64,000 nucleotides of DNA from an uncultured Clostridia bacterium. GTDB lineage: Bacteria > Bacillota > Clostridia > TANB77 > CAG-508. Below the pieces are notes generated by a model. It ran no database searches. It saw nothing but the letters and a program-made list of their open reading frames with translations, and was not told the origin of the DNA. Of this stretch, positions 10,253 through 23,800 are shown piece after piece. Within the stretch, counting starts at the first letter, position 1. Each line of letters begins with the position of its first letter. The position numbers were made by a program, and so were the translations under genes. The stretch is taken from the NCBI GenBank assembly GCA_948560265.1, contig CAOXTD010000001.1, forward strand, positions 9,439-73,438, read 5' to 3'.

Positions 10253-10836
10253 CCTATAAAATGAGTTAACCCCATTAACTACATGTAATATAGGAATAGA
10301 AGTGAAAAACGCTTAAAAACGAAAATACGAGCTCGAAATTGATACAAGGAAACGTAAATGAATTGTATAAGAAAAATGTCGTGAACTAACAAAATCTAAA
10401 AAAGCGTAGCTTTTAAGATTTTGTAGCATTCACATAACTATCTTCTATGGAAAAATTTTCTTTACAGTCAATTTTTCCTAGAATATAGTTAACTGTACAG
10501 TGAAAAGTAAATAGAAGCAAAGTTGTCAAGCGCGCATACAAAATTTCCGAGTCTCTGACCTAAGCGCGCAGGGCAGAGATAGAGGAAGTTTTGTAGACAA
10601 CTTATGCTATATATATTAAATAAAAGTATTAGAATGTTTAGAGTATTCCAACAAACGGATAGTTGGAGCAACTAAAAATAAATTTTTAAAATAGAATAAA
10701 AAAGACACTGAAATTATAAAAACCTCACAAAAAGGTTTATTAGTCGTGTCGCAAAAAAACAAACTATTATGAATAGTATATTTTTTGACTGCCATATTTG
10801 ACAGTCTATTTGTCGTTGTCTTTTTTTGAAAAAGCA

Positions 10837-10865
10837 TTTACATTTCTAAAACACAATGATAAAAT
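10837..10865 (+). promoter_or_regulatory. Candidate promoter for 10898..11383
   Basis: TTTACA (10837-10842), 17-nt spacer, TGaTAAAAT extended -10 (-10 at 10860-10865). Confidence 0.4.
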
Positions 10866-10897
10866 AAAGAAAAACAAACCAAAGAGGAGTATAAATC

Positions 10898-11383
10898 ATG
10901 GGAAGAAGAAGCAAATCTAGAAGTTTAATCAGTACACAGAGCCTACTCATTATTTTATGCCTTTTGCTAATAGCAGTAGCAGTACATATGCTATTTTCAG
11001 AAGATGACGAAAAAACTGTGGTAGGAGAAGCTAAAGAGCAAACACAAGCACAGAATCAAGAGAAAAATCAAGTACAAAACAAGGCACAAACAGAAAATCA
11101 AACAAAACCTACTACAAATAGCGAAATAAGTAAAAAAGGCGAAGCAAAAGTAGTGCAAAGTGAAAATAGTGCAAACGAAATCAATGAGCAAGAAGCCAGG
11201 AAATTAGCAGCCAAGCAATTCAAAGAATTGGACGAGAAATGGGTAAGAGAAAAAGAGCTAGAAGTATTAGAATTTTCAAGAGCAAATGAATATTATTATT
11301 ATATATCATCAAAAGAAAATACAGTAGAAATCAAAAAAGATGGTGGAAAAATTACTAGAATTAATAGTGTGCCAGTACAATAA
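10898..11383 (+). CDS. Small membrane-anchored protein with a Q/N/E/K-rich linker and a compact C-terminal domain (PepSY-like, tentative)
   Basis: RBS AAGAGGAG plus ATG. N-terminal TM (LLIILCLLLIAVAVHMLF), a low-complexity QAQNQEKNQVQNKAQTENQ stretch, and a C-terminal ~70 aa (EARKLAAKQFKELDEKW...YYYYISSKENTVEIKKDGGKITRIN). A terminator follows. Confidence 0.7.
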   Translation: MGRRSKSRSLISTQSLLIILCLLLIAVAVHMLFSEDDEKTVVGEAKEQTQAQNQEKNQVQNKAQTENQTKPTTNSEISKKGEAKVVQSENSANEINEQEARKLAAKQFKELDEKWVREKELEVLEFSRANEYYYYISSKENTVEIKKDGGKITRINSVPVQ

Positions 11384-11390
11384 ATGGTTA

Positions 11391-11421
11391 GAGATATGCT
11401 TATATTGCATATCTTTTTTTA
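11391..11421 (+). terminator. Rho-independent terminator of 10898..11383
   Basis: AGATATGC (11392-11399) / GCATATCT (11407-11414), followed by a T7 run. Confidence 0.7.
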
Positions 11422-11525
11422 TCATAAAAAATCTCCACTAAAATCACAAACCTAGTATTCCCTAGCAAAACACAAAATAGCCCCCTCATTTGTAACACAA
11501 AAGTAAATAAAATGTCAAAAAAAGC

Positions 11526-11560
11526 ACTTTCTAAGGAGAAAGTGCTTTTTCCGTATATTT
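11526..11560. terminator. Orphan bidirectional-looking hairpin terminator
   Basis: AAAGCACTTTC (11530-11540) / GAAAGTGCTTT (11547-11557), with an A-run before and a T-run after. No ORF is associated with it. Confidence 0.45.
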
Positions 11561-11599
11561 ATCTACTTATATTTATATGTAATATAGAATTTAGTAGTA

Positions 11600-11630
11600 T
11601 TGAAAAAATAAGATAAAAAGCATATATAAT
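11600..11630 (+). promoter_or_regulatory. Candidate promoter of the giant gene
   Basis: TTGAAA (11600-11605), then 17 nt to TATATA or 19 nt to TATAAT (11623-11630). The sequence is AT-rich, so the call is weak. Confidence 0.3.
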
Positions 11631-11658
11631 AATATATTAATTATTTAGCATGGCTTGA

Positions 11659-11841
11659 TTCAAATCTAGCCATATAGCAATTTCTTCACTGAGTTTCACG
11701 TTGTTACGCATTAGTTATTCGTAACGCTCGTTTCTCGCTAACGACTAACGTCAACTTCGGACGCTCCGCTATTTGAGGCTTTACTTCGTAAATCTCAAAT
11801 ACCTTGCTCCATTGCGAAATGCTATATTGTCAAGATTTGAA
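11659..11841. repeat. GC-richer structured insert bounded by ~26-nt imperfect inverted repeats, in the 5' leader of the giant gene
   Basis: Left arm TTCAAATCTAGCCATATAGCAATTTC (11659-11684). Right arm GCGAAATGCTATATTGTCAAGATTTGAA (11814-11841) is its near reverse complement.
Internal hairpins GTTACG..CGTAAC and ATTTGAG..CTCAAAT. Contains ACTAACGTC (11744-11752), the reverse complement of the GACGTTAGT core of the REP-like family. Confidence 0.6.
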
Positions 11842-11889
11842 AGAACAGCAAAATAATAACAAAAAAATACAAATGTGAGGGAAAAACAA

Positions 11890-14800
11890 ATGAAACTAAG
11901 CAAAAAACTAAGGAAGAGACGAAACAAAAAACTATTAACACTCCTTGTGGGAGCAGTAGCGACTACCAGTGTGGTATTAGCAACACAGCTAACAGACTTT
12001 AAAACTCTAACAGAAAATTTATCTAAACTTGGAATGCAAAGAGAAAATAATGCATACCAACTTTTAAGCGATAGTCAAGACACTACCGCTCATTTGCCAA
12101 CCCTCACAGATGAAGCAAAAGAAAATATTGGTGTAGCAGCAGGAAATAACTTTACAGCTGTGCTAAAAGCAGATGGAACTGTATGGACATGGGGTAATAA
12201 CAACTGTGGTCAATTAGGAAATGGAGAAATCCTAAATGCCGCAACCTATGAACTAACACAAGTAATTGGTGTAGGAGGAGAAGGGCATCTAGAAAATATT
12301 AAACAAATTGCAGTAGGAACTAATGAAGTATATGCCTTAACCAAAGACGGAAAAGTAATAGCATGGGGAAGAAATAACTATGCACAACTTGGTAGAGGTG
12401 CCACAGGAAATTCAGGAACACCAGAATATGTACTCACACAAGTAGACATAACAGACGAAGAAGGTAACAAAACAACACAAGATGTACCACTAGAAAATAT
12501 CAAGCAAATCACAGCAGGTGAAAGACATGCCTTAGCCATTGACAATAATGGAAATGTATGGGCATGGGGATTAAACCATGTAGGACAACTAGGATTAAAT
12601 GTAATATCAACTACTTCTAGCAATCCAAATTACAAAAAAGCATATGCAGTTAAAATGCAAAAAGAAGTAGAAGTAACAGATGAAGAAGGAAACATAACAA
12701 CTAAAACGGTAAACCTAGACAATGTAAAACAAGTATCAGCAGGAAATGATTTTTCAGTAATTTTAACCAATGATGGAAAAGTATATTGCACAGGAATTGG
12801 AACATCAGGACAAATTGGAAACAACGCAGCAGTAAATGTCATGATACCAACACAAGTACAAGGTTTAGAAGATGTGGAAAAAATAGATGCAGGAGGATCA
12901 CACACACTTGCATTAAAAAATGACGGAACAGTATGGGCATGGGGACTAAATCGATATGGACAATTAGGAATTAATACAGCAAGTACCTCCAGTAGTAATG
13001 CTTCATACAAGAGAATATATCCAGTACAAGTATTAAAAGCAGCAGGAACACCACTAGAAGATATCACAGAAATTAGTGCTAATTTAGAAACCAGTTATGC
13101 TATTACTAAAACAGGAGAAGCCTTTGGTTGGGGACTAAATACCTCAGGACAAATAGGGGATGGAACAGCAGCTAATAAACTGATAGCAACACAAACCAAG
13201 AAACCAGCAGGAGAATACATCACAGGAACTAAAATGTTATCAACAGGACAAAACACAAATGCCCATTACATCATAGACGAAAAAGGTGACATTTATGGAA
13301 GTGGACTATCTACTTCTTACCAAATGTTAAGTGACAGAGTAACTGCCACAAATGTTGCTACTAGACTAGATGAAAGCTATTTCAAACTAAGCAACAATCA
13401 ATCTTACCTAGAAGTAGGAAACACTTTAAACTTACAAGTAGGCTACTATAACGGACTTAATCTACTAAACAGAAAAGTAGTACCAGGAAATGTAACTTTT
13501 AGAAGTTCAAATGAAGACATTGCCACAGTTAGTGCCAATGGAACCATAACCGCAAAAGCAAAAGGATATGTAACCATTATTGCAGAAGACACCACAAATG
13601 GATATACAACACAAAGTATGATCAATATAGTAGCAAAAGGTGCTACAGCCCTTCCACAAGTAGCTAGTGGAACCTTAGCAACCGTTTATCTAAAAGAAGA
13701 TGGAACCGTTTGGACATCAGGAGATGGTGCAAATGGAATGTTAGGAAATGGTTATACCAAAATTATCAATAAACCAGTACAAGTAAAAATTGGAACAAAT
13801 GAATATTTAACAGATGTTAGAAAAGTAGAAATCGGAACAGAACATGTAATAGCACTTAGAAAAGACGGAACTGTTTGGACTTGGGGACTTGGAACCTCAG
13901 GACAACTAGGAGATGGAGCAAATGCCACAAGATATTATGCCACACAAGTTGTAGACGAAACAGGAGAAGATTATTTACAAAACATCATAGATGTAGCAGC
14001 AGGAATAGACTATTGTTTAGCATTAAAACAAGATGGAACAGTTGTAGGTTGGGGAGTTGGAACCAACCATTCACTAGGAGTTAATAATACTGCCAATAGA
14101 GCTATACCTATCAAAATGCATGACAGCTATAACATTATTCAAGTACAAGGTGGTTCAGACACAAGTACAGTTCTAAAAGCGGACGGAACTGTACAAGCAG
14201 TAGGACTTGGAACTTCAGGACAATTAGGAGATAACACAGCAGCTACCAAAGGAGAGTTAGTATATGCTATTAATGAAACACTAGATGGAAAACTAACAGG
14301 AGTTGTTAGAATTGTCACAGGTAGCCACCACACGATAGCATTAAAAGAAGATAAAACAGCAAGGATATGGGGTTACAACAATTATGGACAAATTGGTATG
14401 AACAATACCACAAACTATAAACATGCCATTCCACTTAAAAACGTTGGAAACACAGATATTATGCAAAACATCAAAGATATAGCAACAGGACCATCAGCTA
14501 CCTATGTATTAGACACACAAGGAAATGTATATGCAGTAGGACTAAACACTACAGGGCAATTATCTATTGGAAATGCCACTACAGTTAAAATATTCACACA
14601 AGCAAAAGACGAAAATGGTGAACCATTAACAGGTGTAGCTACTATTTCTAGTTCAAAAAATACTACTTTTGGCTTTGCTTTTACAGACGGAAGTATTGGC
14701 GTAACAGGACTTGGAACTAGTGGACAACATGGAAATTGGACATTAGCTAGTAGTAATAAAATGACAAGAATACAAGGAGCAATTTTAGATACAGGTAACA

Positions 14801-17800
14801 TTTATGAAACTTATGTCAACGACACTATCAAGTTAAACATTAACATAAAACCGGCATTTAACCTAAATGTAGACTCTGAAAAAACACTACAAATAGGAGA
14901 ACTAACCTATCAATCATTAGATGAAGAAATTGCCACAGTATCTACTGATGGAACTGTCATTGGAATGAAAGAAGGAACTACAGGAATTGTCATAACAGAT
15001 ACTACAAATGAATTAGAAACAACAGCTTATGTCACAGTAGGAAAAAGAGATTTTAGTGATATTCATAAAATAGTAGCAGGAACTAGCCATACAGTATTAC
15101 TAAAACAAGATGGAACAGTTTGGGCATGGGGTGGTAACAATGTAGGACAACTAGGAAATGGAGAAATCTTCGCCAAACAAGCCACACAAGCCACACAAGT
15201 ATTAAACCCAGAAGGAACAGGATATTTAACAGATATAGTAGACATAGCAGCAGGAAACAACTTTACAGTAGCACTAAAAAGAAATGGAACTGTTGTAGCA
15301 TGGGGAGAAAATACCTATGGCCAATTAGGAAACACAAATGGAACAGCAGAAAGACCAATCTATGTTGTAGACATGTATGCAAACCAATTAACAGGTGTAG
15401 TAGATATATCAGCAGCAAGAGATCATGCAGCAGCAGTTAAAGCAGATGGAACAGTTTGGGCATGGGGAAGAAATGACTATGGACAAATTGGAAACAACTC
15501 TACCCTAGCAACTTGTGCTTATGCAGTACAAGTATTAGATGCTACAGGAACAGACTATTTAAAAGACATCAAACAAGTTAGTGTAGGACAAGCCTTTGTA
15601 GCAGCATTAGCAAAAGATGGAACAGTTTGGAGTTGGGGAGCAGGAACCTTAGGACAATTAGGAAATGGAGCAAAAACAACTAAAAAATTACCAGTACAAG
15701 CAACAGGTGTAACAGACGTCAAGAAAATAGTAGCAGGAAATGCAGGAGTTGCTGTATTAAAAGCAGATGGAACAGTTTGGTGTTGGGGTATTAACAGATA
15801 TGGAACCTTAGGATATGGAACTCTAAGCACTAGCAGTAGCAATGCAAACTATTTAAAAACAACACAAATTCAAGTAAAAATAGATGCCAATACTTATCTA
15901 GAAAATGTAGTAGATATTGGTGGAACAATGGAATCTAGATTTGCCTTAACACAAGATGGAATCGTATATGGTTGGGGCTTAAATACAACAGGAGAACTAG
16001 GAGACAGTACAACAACTAATAAAGCTTATGCAACCAAAAACCTTAGAAGGTATAAAGACGAAGTAGAAAAAACAGTTGTCAAACTAAATGAGTCTTCATC
16101 TGGATATACCAATTACATGATCAAAGAAGATGGCAGTATTTTAGCAAATGGTAAAGTTGTCAATGGACAAATTCTAGATGGTGGGTTATACAGTGACGCA
16201 AGAACTTGTGTAGAAGATGTTTTAGCAAGCTACATGGAATTTGCAAACAGAATAGAGTACGTAAAACAAGGAACTACTAAAAAATTAGAAGTAAGAGGTG
16301 TAGAAAACCTAAATGTATTCGCAAAAGCACCAGAACTTGGTAACATAACATGGAAATCTATGAACGAAAATGTAGTTAGCATTGACCAAAATGGAAATAT
16401 CACAGCAAAAGAATTAGGACAAGCAACCATTATTGCAAAAGACGATAAACATGGATACAGAGCACAAGCTACTATCTATGTAACAGCCAACAAAGCAGAA
16501 GCAATCACAGCACCAATGGTAGTACAAGGAACAGGATTTACAGTAGCCTTAAAAGCAGATGGAACAGTTTGGACAACAGGACTAAATAACAATGGGGCAT
16601 TAGGAGATGGAACTACTACAAATAGAGAGAACTTAGAACCAGTCAAAATTGATGAGAATACGAACTTAACCAATGTTGTTAGAATTGCAGCAGGAAATTC
16701 ACATGTATTAGCAGTTACCAAAGACGGTTATGTATATGCTTGGGGACTAAATGGAAATGGACAACTAGGTATTAACTCTACTGCAAAACAAACTTATGCT
16801 CAAAAAGTATTGGACGAAACAGGAGAAAACTATTTACAAAACATCATAGATGTAGCAGCAGGTGGGTTACATAGTATTGCAATTGACAACCAAGGAAATG
16901 TCTATACTTGGGGAAAAGGTGGAAACTACCAATTAGGAAATTATGCTACAGCTAATAAATTAATTCCAGTTAGAGTATGGGACACATATAATGTGGTAAA
17001 AGCAGCAGGAGGAGCAGAATACACTGTTTTACTTCGCGGAGATGGAACAGCACAAGGAACAGGACTAAACACAAATGGTTGGCTAGCAATGGGAGATGCT
17101 ACAACTAGATATACTCCACTAGAAATGGGAAGCAACGCAGAAGGAGCTATTCAAAGAGAAATTTATGATATAACAGCAGGCGCAAACCATACCATTTTCC
17201 TAAAAGAAGATGGAAAAGTATATACAGTAGGACTAAACACTTCAGGACAACTTGCCACAGGAAATGCCACAGCAAGTAATGTACTAGTAGTAGCACAAAC
17301 CAAAAACGAAAAAGGAGAATTAGTTGATCTTGAAAATATCGCAAGTATCAGTTGTGGAGGAGCTACCTCTTTTGCAGTAAGCAAAAATGGAGAAGTATAT
17401 AGCACAGGACTAAACACTTCAGGACAATTAGGATTAGGAAACAAAACATCACCAATCAACACATTTACAAAAGTACTAGACTATCAAGGAGAAAACACAC
17501 TACAAAATGTAACAACAATTGGAAAAGGTGCAGGAAATACTATCAACAGTAGCTATATCACAAAAGATGGAACACTATACACAGCAGGGGATAATACAAA
17601 TGGACAATTAGGAAATGGAACATATATAGCAAGTCAATTACCAGTCATTGTAGGAAATGCAGAACTAAAAGTAGCAAACACTCAAATGAAATTGACAGTA
17701 AATGGAGAAGAACAAATTGCACTAAGCCTAGAATTAGGATTTAATGTTTATGACAACACAAAAGAAGTAGGAACAAACCTTACTTATGAAGCAACAAACC

Positions 17801-20800
17801 CTGAGGTTGTTACTGTAAGCAATACAGGAAAAGTAACAGGAAAAAGATTAGGAACAACCAGAATTAAAATAACAGACAAAACCAATGATTTAGAAAAATA
17901 TGTACCAGTCACTGTATTACACAGCTATGGATATACAGAAAGCAAAGTTAGTTCAGGAATTAACTTCTCAGTAGCCTTAAAAGAAGATGGAAGTGTTTGG
18001 GCATGGGGAGTTGGAACATCAGGAAGATTAGGTAATGGAGCAACTACAAACCAAATTAATGAAGTACCAGTACTAGCACCAAACGGAAAAGACCAACTAA
18101 CAGGAGTAAAAGACATTGCAGTAGGTTATGATAGTGCAATGGCTCTATTAGAAGATGGAACAATGGTAGCTTGGGGAAATAATGGAAGCTATAACCTAGG
18201 AGATGGAACTAACACTGACAGAAGTATCCCAGTTTATGTGGTAGATGCTAATGGAGATAAAATTCAAAACATTACAAAAATTGCAAAAGGAAATGACTTT
18301 AGCTTAGCTTTAACCAAAGATGGTGAAGTATATGCATGGGGCTGGAATGCCTATGGACAACTAGGAAATGGAGGAACCTCTACTACAGTGGTTCCAGCCA
18401 AAGTAAAAGACCAAACAGGAAAAGGAACCTTAAAAGGAATTATCGATGTACAATGTGGTATGCGTTGGTCAATGGCATTAGGAGAAGATGGAACTGTATG
18501 GACTTGGGGATATAATGTAGATGGAGAATTAGGAAATGGAACAACAGACCAAGTTAATGTGCCAAAAATAAGCAAATTGTCAAACATTGACAAATTAGCA
18601 ACATCTGCTTATGCAGCAATGGCAATTGATAAAGATGGACAACTTTGGAGCTGGGGTTGGAATGGCTATGGACAATTAGCAGATGGAACAACAACCAGTA
18701 GACCTACTCCAATCAAACCAAAATTAGACGCCAATACAATTGTAACAGATGTTATTGATGTAGGAACAGCAGGTGGAACACACTACATTTTAGATAGTAA
18801 TTACAAAGTATATGCAGTAGGACAAAATGGACAAGGACAAATAGGAGACAACACAACCACCAACAGAAGCTACTTCACACAAGTAAAAGCAAAATATGGT
18901 GAAACACTAACAGACAAATTTGTTAAAATCAGTAGTTCTGTAGCTAGACCAGACAGCAATACAGATACCTCTACAGCTTACTTAACAAGAGAAGATGGAA
19001 GTATTTTCGGACTTGGTAAAAATTCAAGTTACCAACTATTTGGTAAAAACACAGATGTAATCAAATGTGCAAAACCAATGCAAACCTCTTATTTAGAAAT
19101 CACACAAAGAATAAACAGAATTAAAATAGGAGAAAATACCAAACTAGTTCTTAATATGGAACAAAACTTTAACATATATAGCAAAACACCAGTAACAGGA
19201 AACATTACATGGACCAGTTCTAATGAAAGCATTGTAGCAGTTGACAAAGACGGAAATGTAACAGGACTAAAAGAAGGACAAGCTACCATTACTGCAAAAG
19301 ACGATAAATATGGTTATATCGCAACAGCTATTGTATATGTTACAAGAAACACAGCAAACACCATAACCATACCACAAGTTTCACAAGGACAAAAATTCAC
19401 AATAGTCCTAAAAGCAGATGGAACTGTTTGGGCATCAGGTCAAAACAATGTAGGACAATGTGGTATAGACAGCACAGTTGCTAATATAGGAAAACTAACA
19501 CCAGTTAAAACAGACAAAGGTGCAAACCTAAATAACATTGTCAAAATTGTATCAGGATTAGAATACACACTTGCCTTAACAAAAGACGGAAAAGTATATG
19601 GATGGGGACTCAATAGTAATGGACAACTAGGTATTAACTCCAAAACAAATCAATTTACTGCAACCTATATGCTAGACGAAGAAGGAGAAAATCCAGTAAC
19701 AGATGTTATTGACATTGCAGCAGGGGATTGTTTTAGTACCATTTTAAAATCAAATGGTGAACTATATACAGTAGGAAACGGAACATATAGTCAGTTAGGA
19801 AATGGAACTACCACTACTACTATGGTATTAGGCAAAATGGAAGAAATGCAAAATGTGGTACAAGTTGTTAATGGTGGATACCATACGATTATGCTAAGAG
19901 GAGACCAAACTGTATGGACAGTAGGTAGAAACCGTTATGGAGAAATGGGAATTAATAGCATTAAAGATAGCAGCACAGCAACAGCACAAGGAATTGGAAT
20001 TGCAAGACAAGTTATCAACCAAGACTTAAATGGTGTACTAAAAAATATCACACAAGTCACAGCAGGAGGATACCATAGTGCAGCATTAAGCAATACAAAA
20101 GAAGTATATAGTTGGGGATATGGAGCAGACGGACAATTAGGTACAGGAAAAGCATCAAACTTCTATTATCCACAACCAGTATTATCATATAAACCAACCG
20201 CAGAAGCAGATGAGCAAATTACAGGCATTACTCAAATTGGAAGTTCAGAAAGAAGCATCTTCTTCTTAACAGAAAATAACGAAGTATATGCAACAGGTGA
20301 AAACTCTAATTACCAACTATCACAAGATAATACAACAGATCTATTAAAACCAAGTGGGCTATATGACTACACAGGCGAAAAATACATTGACCAAATCGCA
20401 AATGTACCAACAGCTGCTAAAAATATCTATAACACAGCAGTTATCAAACAAGATGGAACAGTATGGGTATCAGGCTTAGGTGCAAATGGTCAAGTAGGTA
20501 ATGAAGAATTTCAAACAGCCAAGTTATACACTAGAATGGGAATTGCCAAACTACAAGTATCAGACAAAATAGTAACTATTCCACAAGGTGGAACACATAC
20601 CTTAAATGTATCTGTTAACCAAGGATTTAATGTATATGAAGGGCAAACAGATAAAGCAAATAAACTACAATTTACTTCTTCTAACACAAGTATTGCAACT
20701 GTAAGTGAAAACGGAGTTATCACAGCAGTAAAACAAGGAGAAGTAAGAATTACAATTTATGACCCAGAACATGATTGGACAACTAGCTCTATAGTTAAAG

Positions 20801-23800
20801 TAACAAGAGATGCACAAGACAAAGTAAAAGCAGAAGTATCCACTGGTAATGCAGGTATTATCCTAAAAACAGATGGAAGTGTTTGGTCAACAGGTGGCAA
20901 CACCTATGGAGAAAGAGGAGTTGGAGATAAAGCAAAACATTTACAAGAAACTCCAGTGTTAGACCCAAACGGAAAAGATCATTTAACAGATGTTATCAGT
21001 ATATCAGCAGGACAATACTTTAATGCAGCAGTAAAACGTGACGGAAGAGTAGTAACATGGGGACTTAACAATTATGGACAATTAGGAAACAAAACCAATG
21101 TCAATAGTGAAATACCAGTTTATGTATTAGACGCAAATGGTAATCCATTAACAGGAATTATCCAAGTATCTTGTGGATTTGAATTTACAATAGCATTAAA
21201 AGAAGATGGAACAGTTTGGACATGGGGATATAACTACTATGGACAACTAGGAGATAATACAGCAAGCAATAGAAACTATGCAGTACAAGTAAAAGACCGT
21301 TCAGGACTAGGATATTTACAAGGTATTTGCCAAGTTGCCACAAACCGTAATACTACATTTGCTTTGACAGACACAGGAGAAGTTTATTCATGGGGATATA
21401 ACTATGATGGACAATTAGGCGACGGAACTAGAAATACAGGAAGTAGTGCAGGTGGAAGAAGAAAAATCTTACCAGTAAAAGCATTAATCAATGATGTAGC
21501 TAGAATTGTAGGTGGTATGCATTCTACCATAGCACTAAAAAATGATGGAACCATTTGGACATGGGGATTAAATAGATATGGAACCTTAGGATATGGTGCC
21601 TCTTCTACTTCTGATAATAGCAACTATGCAAAAGCAACACCAATGCAAGTTAAGATAGATAGTGCTACGTTCCTAACAAATGTAGTAGAAATCGGAACAG
21701 CACATGAGGCAGATTATGCAATCACAAAGGATGGAAAAGCATATTCTTGGGGATACAACAATGTAGGACAATTAGGTGTAAATAACACTACAAACTATAG
21801 TTATGCCCAATTAGTAAAAAGAATGTATGGAGAACTTCTTACAGATAAAGTTGTTACATTGAACAAAGGTGTTTCAGCATCAACCTGCTATATGATACGA
21901 GAAGACGGAACTATTTTAGGAGTTGGTCATAATGCAACAACACAAAGAATGCTTAGCAACAGGAATGTAAACTTTACAACTGTTCAAGAATTAAGACCAG
22001 ACTTTATGGAAGTAAACCAAAGAATAAGCTATGTAAAACAAGGGGAAACCTTAAAACTTGATGTTCACATTGCTCAAAACTTAAATGCCTTTGCAGGACA
22101 TATCCAATTAGGAAACTTAAGCTATGCATCTTCTAACCCAGAAATTGCAGAAGTATCAAACGACGGAACTGTTACAGCAGTGGGACTAGGAGAAACTACT
22201 ATCACCATAAAAGACCTAGATCATGGATACCAAGCACAAGCAGTGGTATATGTTATCCAAAACAACGAAAAAGCAATTACTATGCCAGATATCTCACAAG
22301 GGGATACTTTTAGTGTCTTCTTAAAAGCAGATGGAACTGTTTGGACAGTAGGATTAAACAGTAACGGACAATGTGGTGATGGAACTACCATCAACCGTTC
22401 AAAACCAGTTAGAGTAAAGATTAACTCTAAAGAATATTTATCAAACATTGTTAAAATATCAGCAGGTGTAGACCATGTAATGGCATTAAGCAAAACAGGT
22501 GAAGTATATACTTGGGGCTTTAATGATGTAGGACAATTAGGTAATGGAAGTACCACAAGGGGAGTATTTGCTAGCAAAATGTTAGACAGCAATGGGCAAA
22601 ATCCAATCAGCAATGTTATTGATATTAACAGTGGATACAAATTCTCTTTAATGTTATTCAATGACGGAACTGTTTGGGGAGTAGGAAGAAATGTTTATGG
22701 AGAATTGGGAATTTTAAATAATGCCAATAAATCTCTACCAGTTCAAATGGACGGAATTGCAAATGCAATAAGAGTACAAGCAAGCTCATCAGGTGCTAGT
22801 ATTCAAATTGCAAACGGAACTGTTTGGACAACAGGATACAACTATTATGGAACACTAGGACAAAATGGAACCAATACAGGATCTTCAGCAGCAGCACAAG
22901 GTAGAAATATACCAAACCCAGTTATCAACAATGCTAGAGACGCAGTTTTAAGAAATGTAGTTAAACTATCTGGTGGTTTACACCAAAATATCGTACTACA
23001 AGAAGATAATACTGTATGGGCATGGGGATATAACAATGTAGGACAATATGGAACAGGAAACACCACAAGCTTTGCTTATCCAGTTAGAGTAAAAACTATG
23101 GGTGTAGACCCAATCGATAAAGTAGTCAATATTGGTACATCAGGATACAACACACTTCTTCAAACAGTAGATGCACAAAACAAAAAGCATACATGGATTT
23201 CAGGATATAACAACAATGGACAATTAGGAAACAACACAACTACAAATGCAACTAGCTTTATTCCACTAAACAACAAAGACAACACAGGAGAAGCAGAAAA
23301 TATAGACATCTTACCAGATGACGCAAGAGGATACCAAACATCAGGTGTTATTGATACTAACGGAACTGTTTGGACAGTAGGATTAAACAATTATGGGCAA
23401 TTAGGTGATGACACAGTTTACAACAGAAAAAATATTGTACAAGTAGGAGAAATTGCATTAAAAGTAGAAGACATCATTTTCACAATGAACCCAAATGACA
23501 CCAAACAAATCAAGGCATATATTGAAGATTCTTTCAATGTGTATATCAAAGAAAACCAAGTAGGAACTTTGAAATTTGAAAGTTTAGATACAGCCATTGC
23601 AGAAGTAAGTGATACAGGAGTAGTAACAGCCAAAGGAATTGGTGATACTTTAATCCGTGTCATTGACACTACTAGAGATATCCAATCAGCAGTATATGTT
23701 AAAGTCATCAAAAAACAAGAGGATATGCAATACGAACCAATGGTAGATGGTGGAAGTAATCATTCAGTTGCCTTAAAAGGTGATGGAACTGTATGGGCAT

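Noticed and set aside
4274-10275. Minus-strand ORFs inside or overlapping the 2,269-aa gene (4274..4561, 9238..9462, 9703..9912, 10009..10275).
   Set aside because: Embedded antisense to a strongly supported repeat-protein CDS, with low-complexity translations and no expression signals.
10489-10837. Two minus-strand ORFs (60 and 73 aa) in the 10.3-10.9 kb spacer.
   Set aside because: No RBS, AT-rich-type composition, and overlap with the hairpin structures. More likely non-coding.
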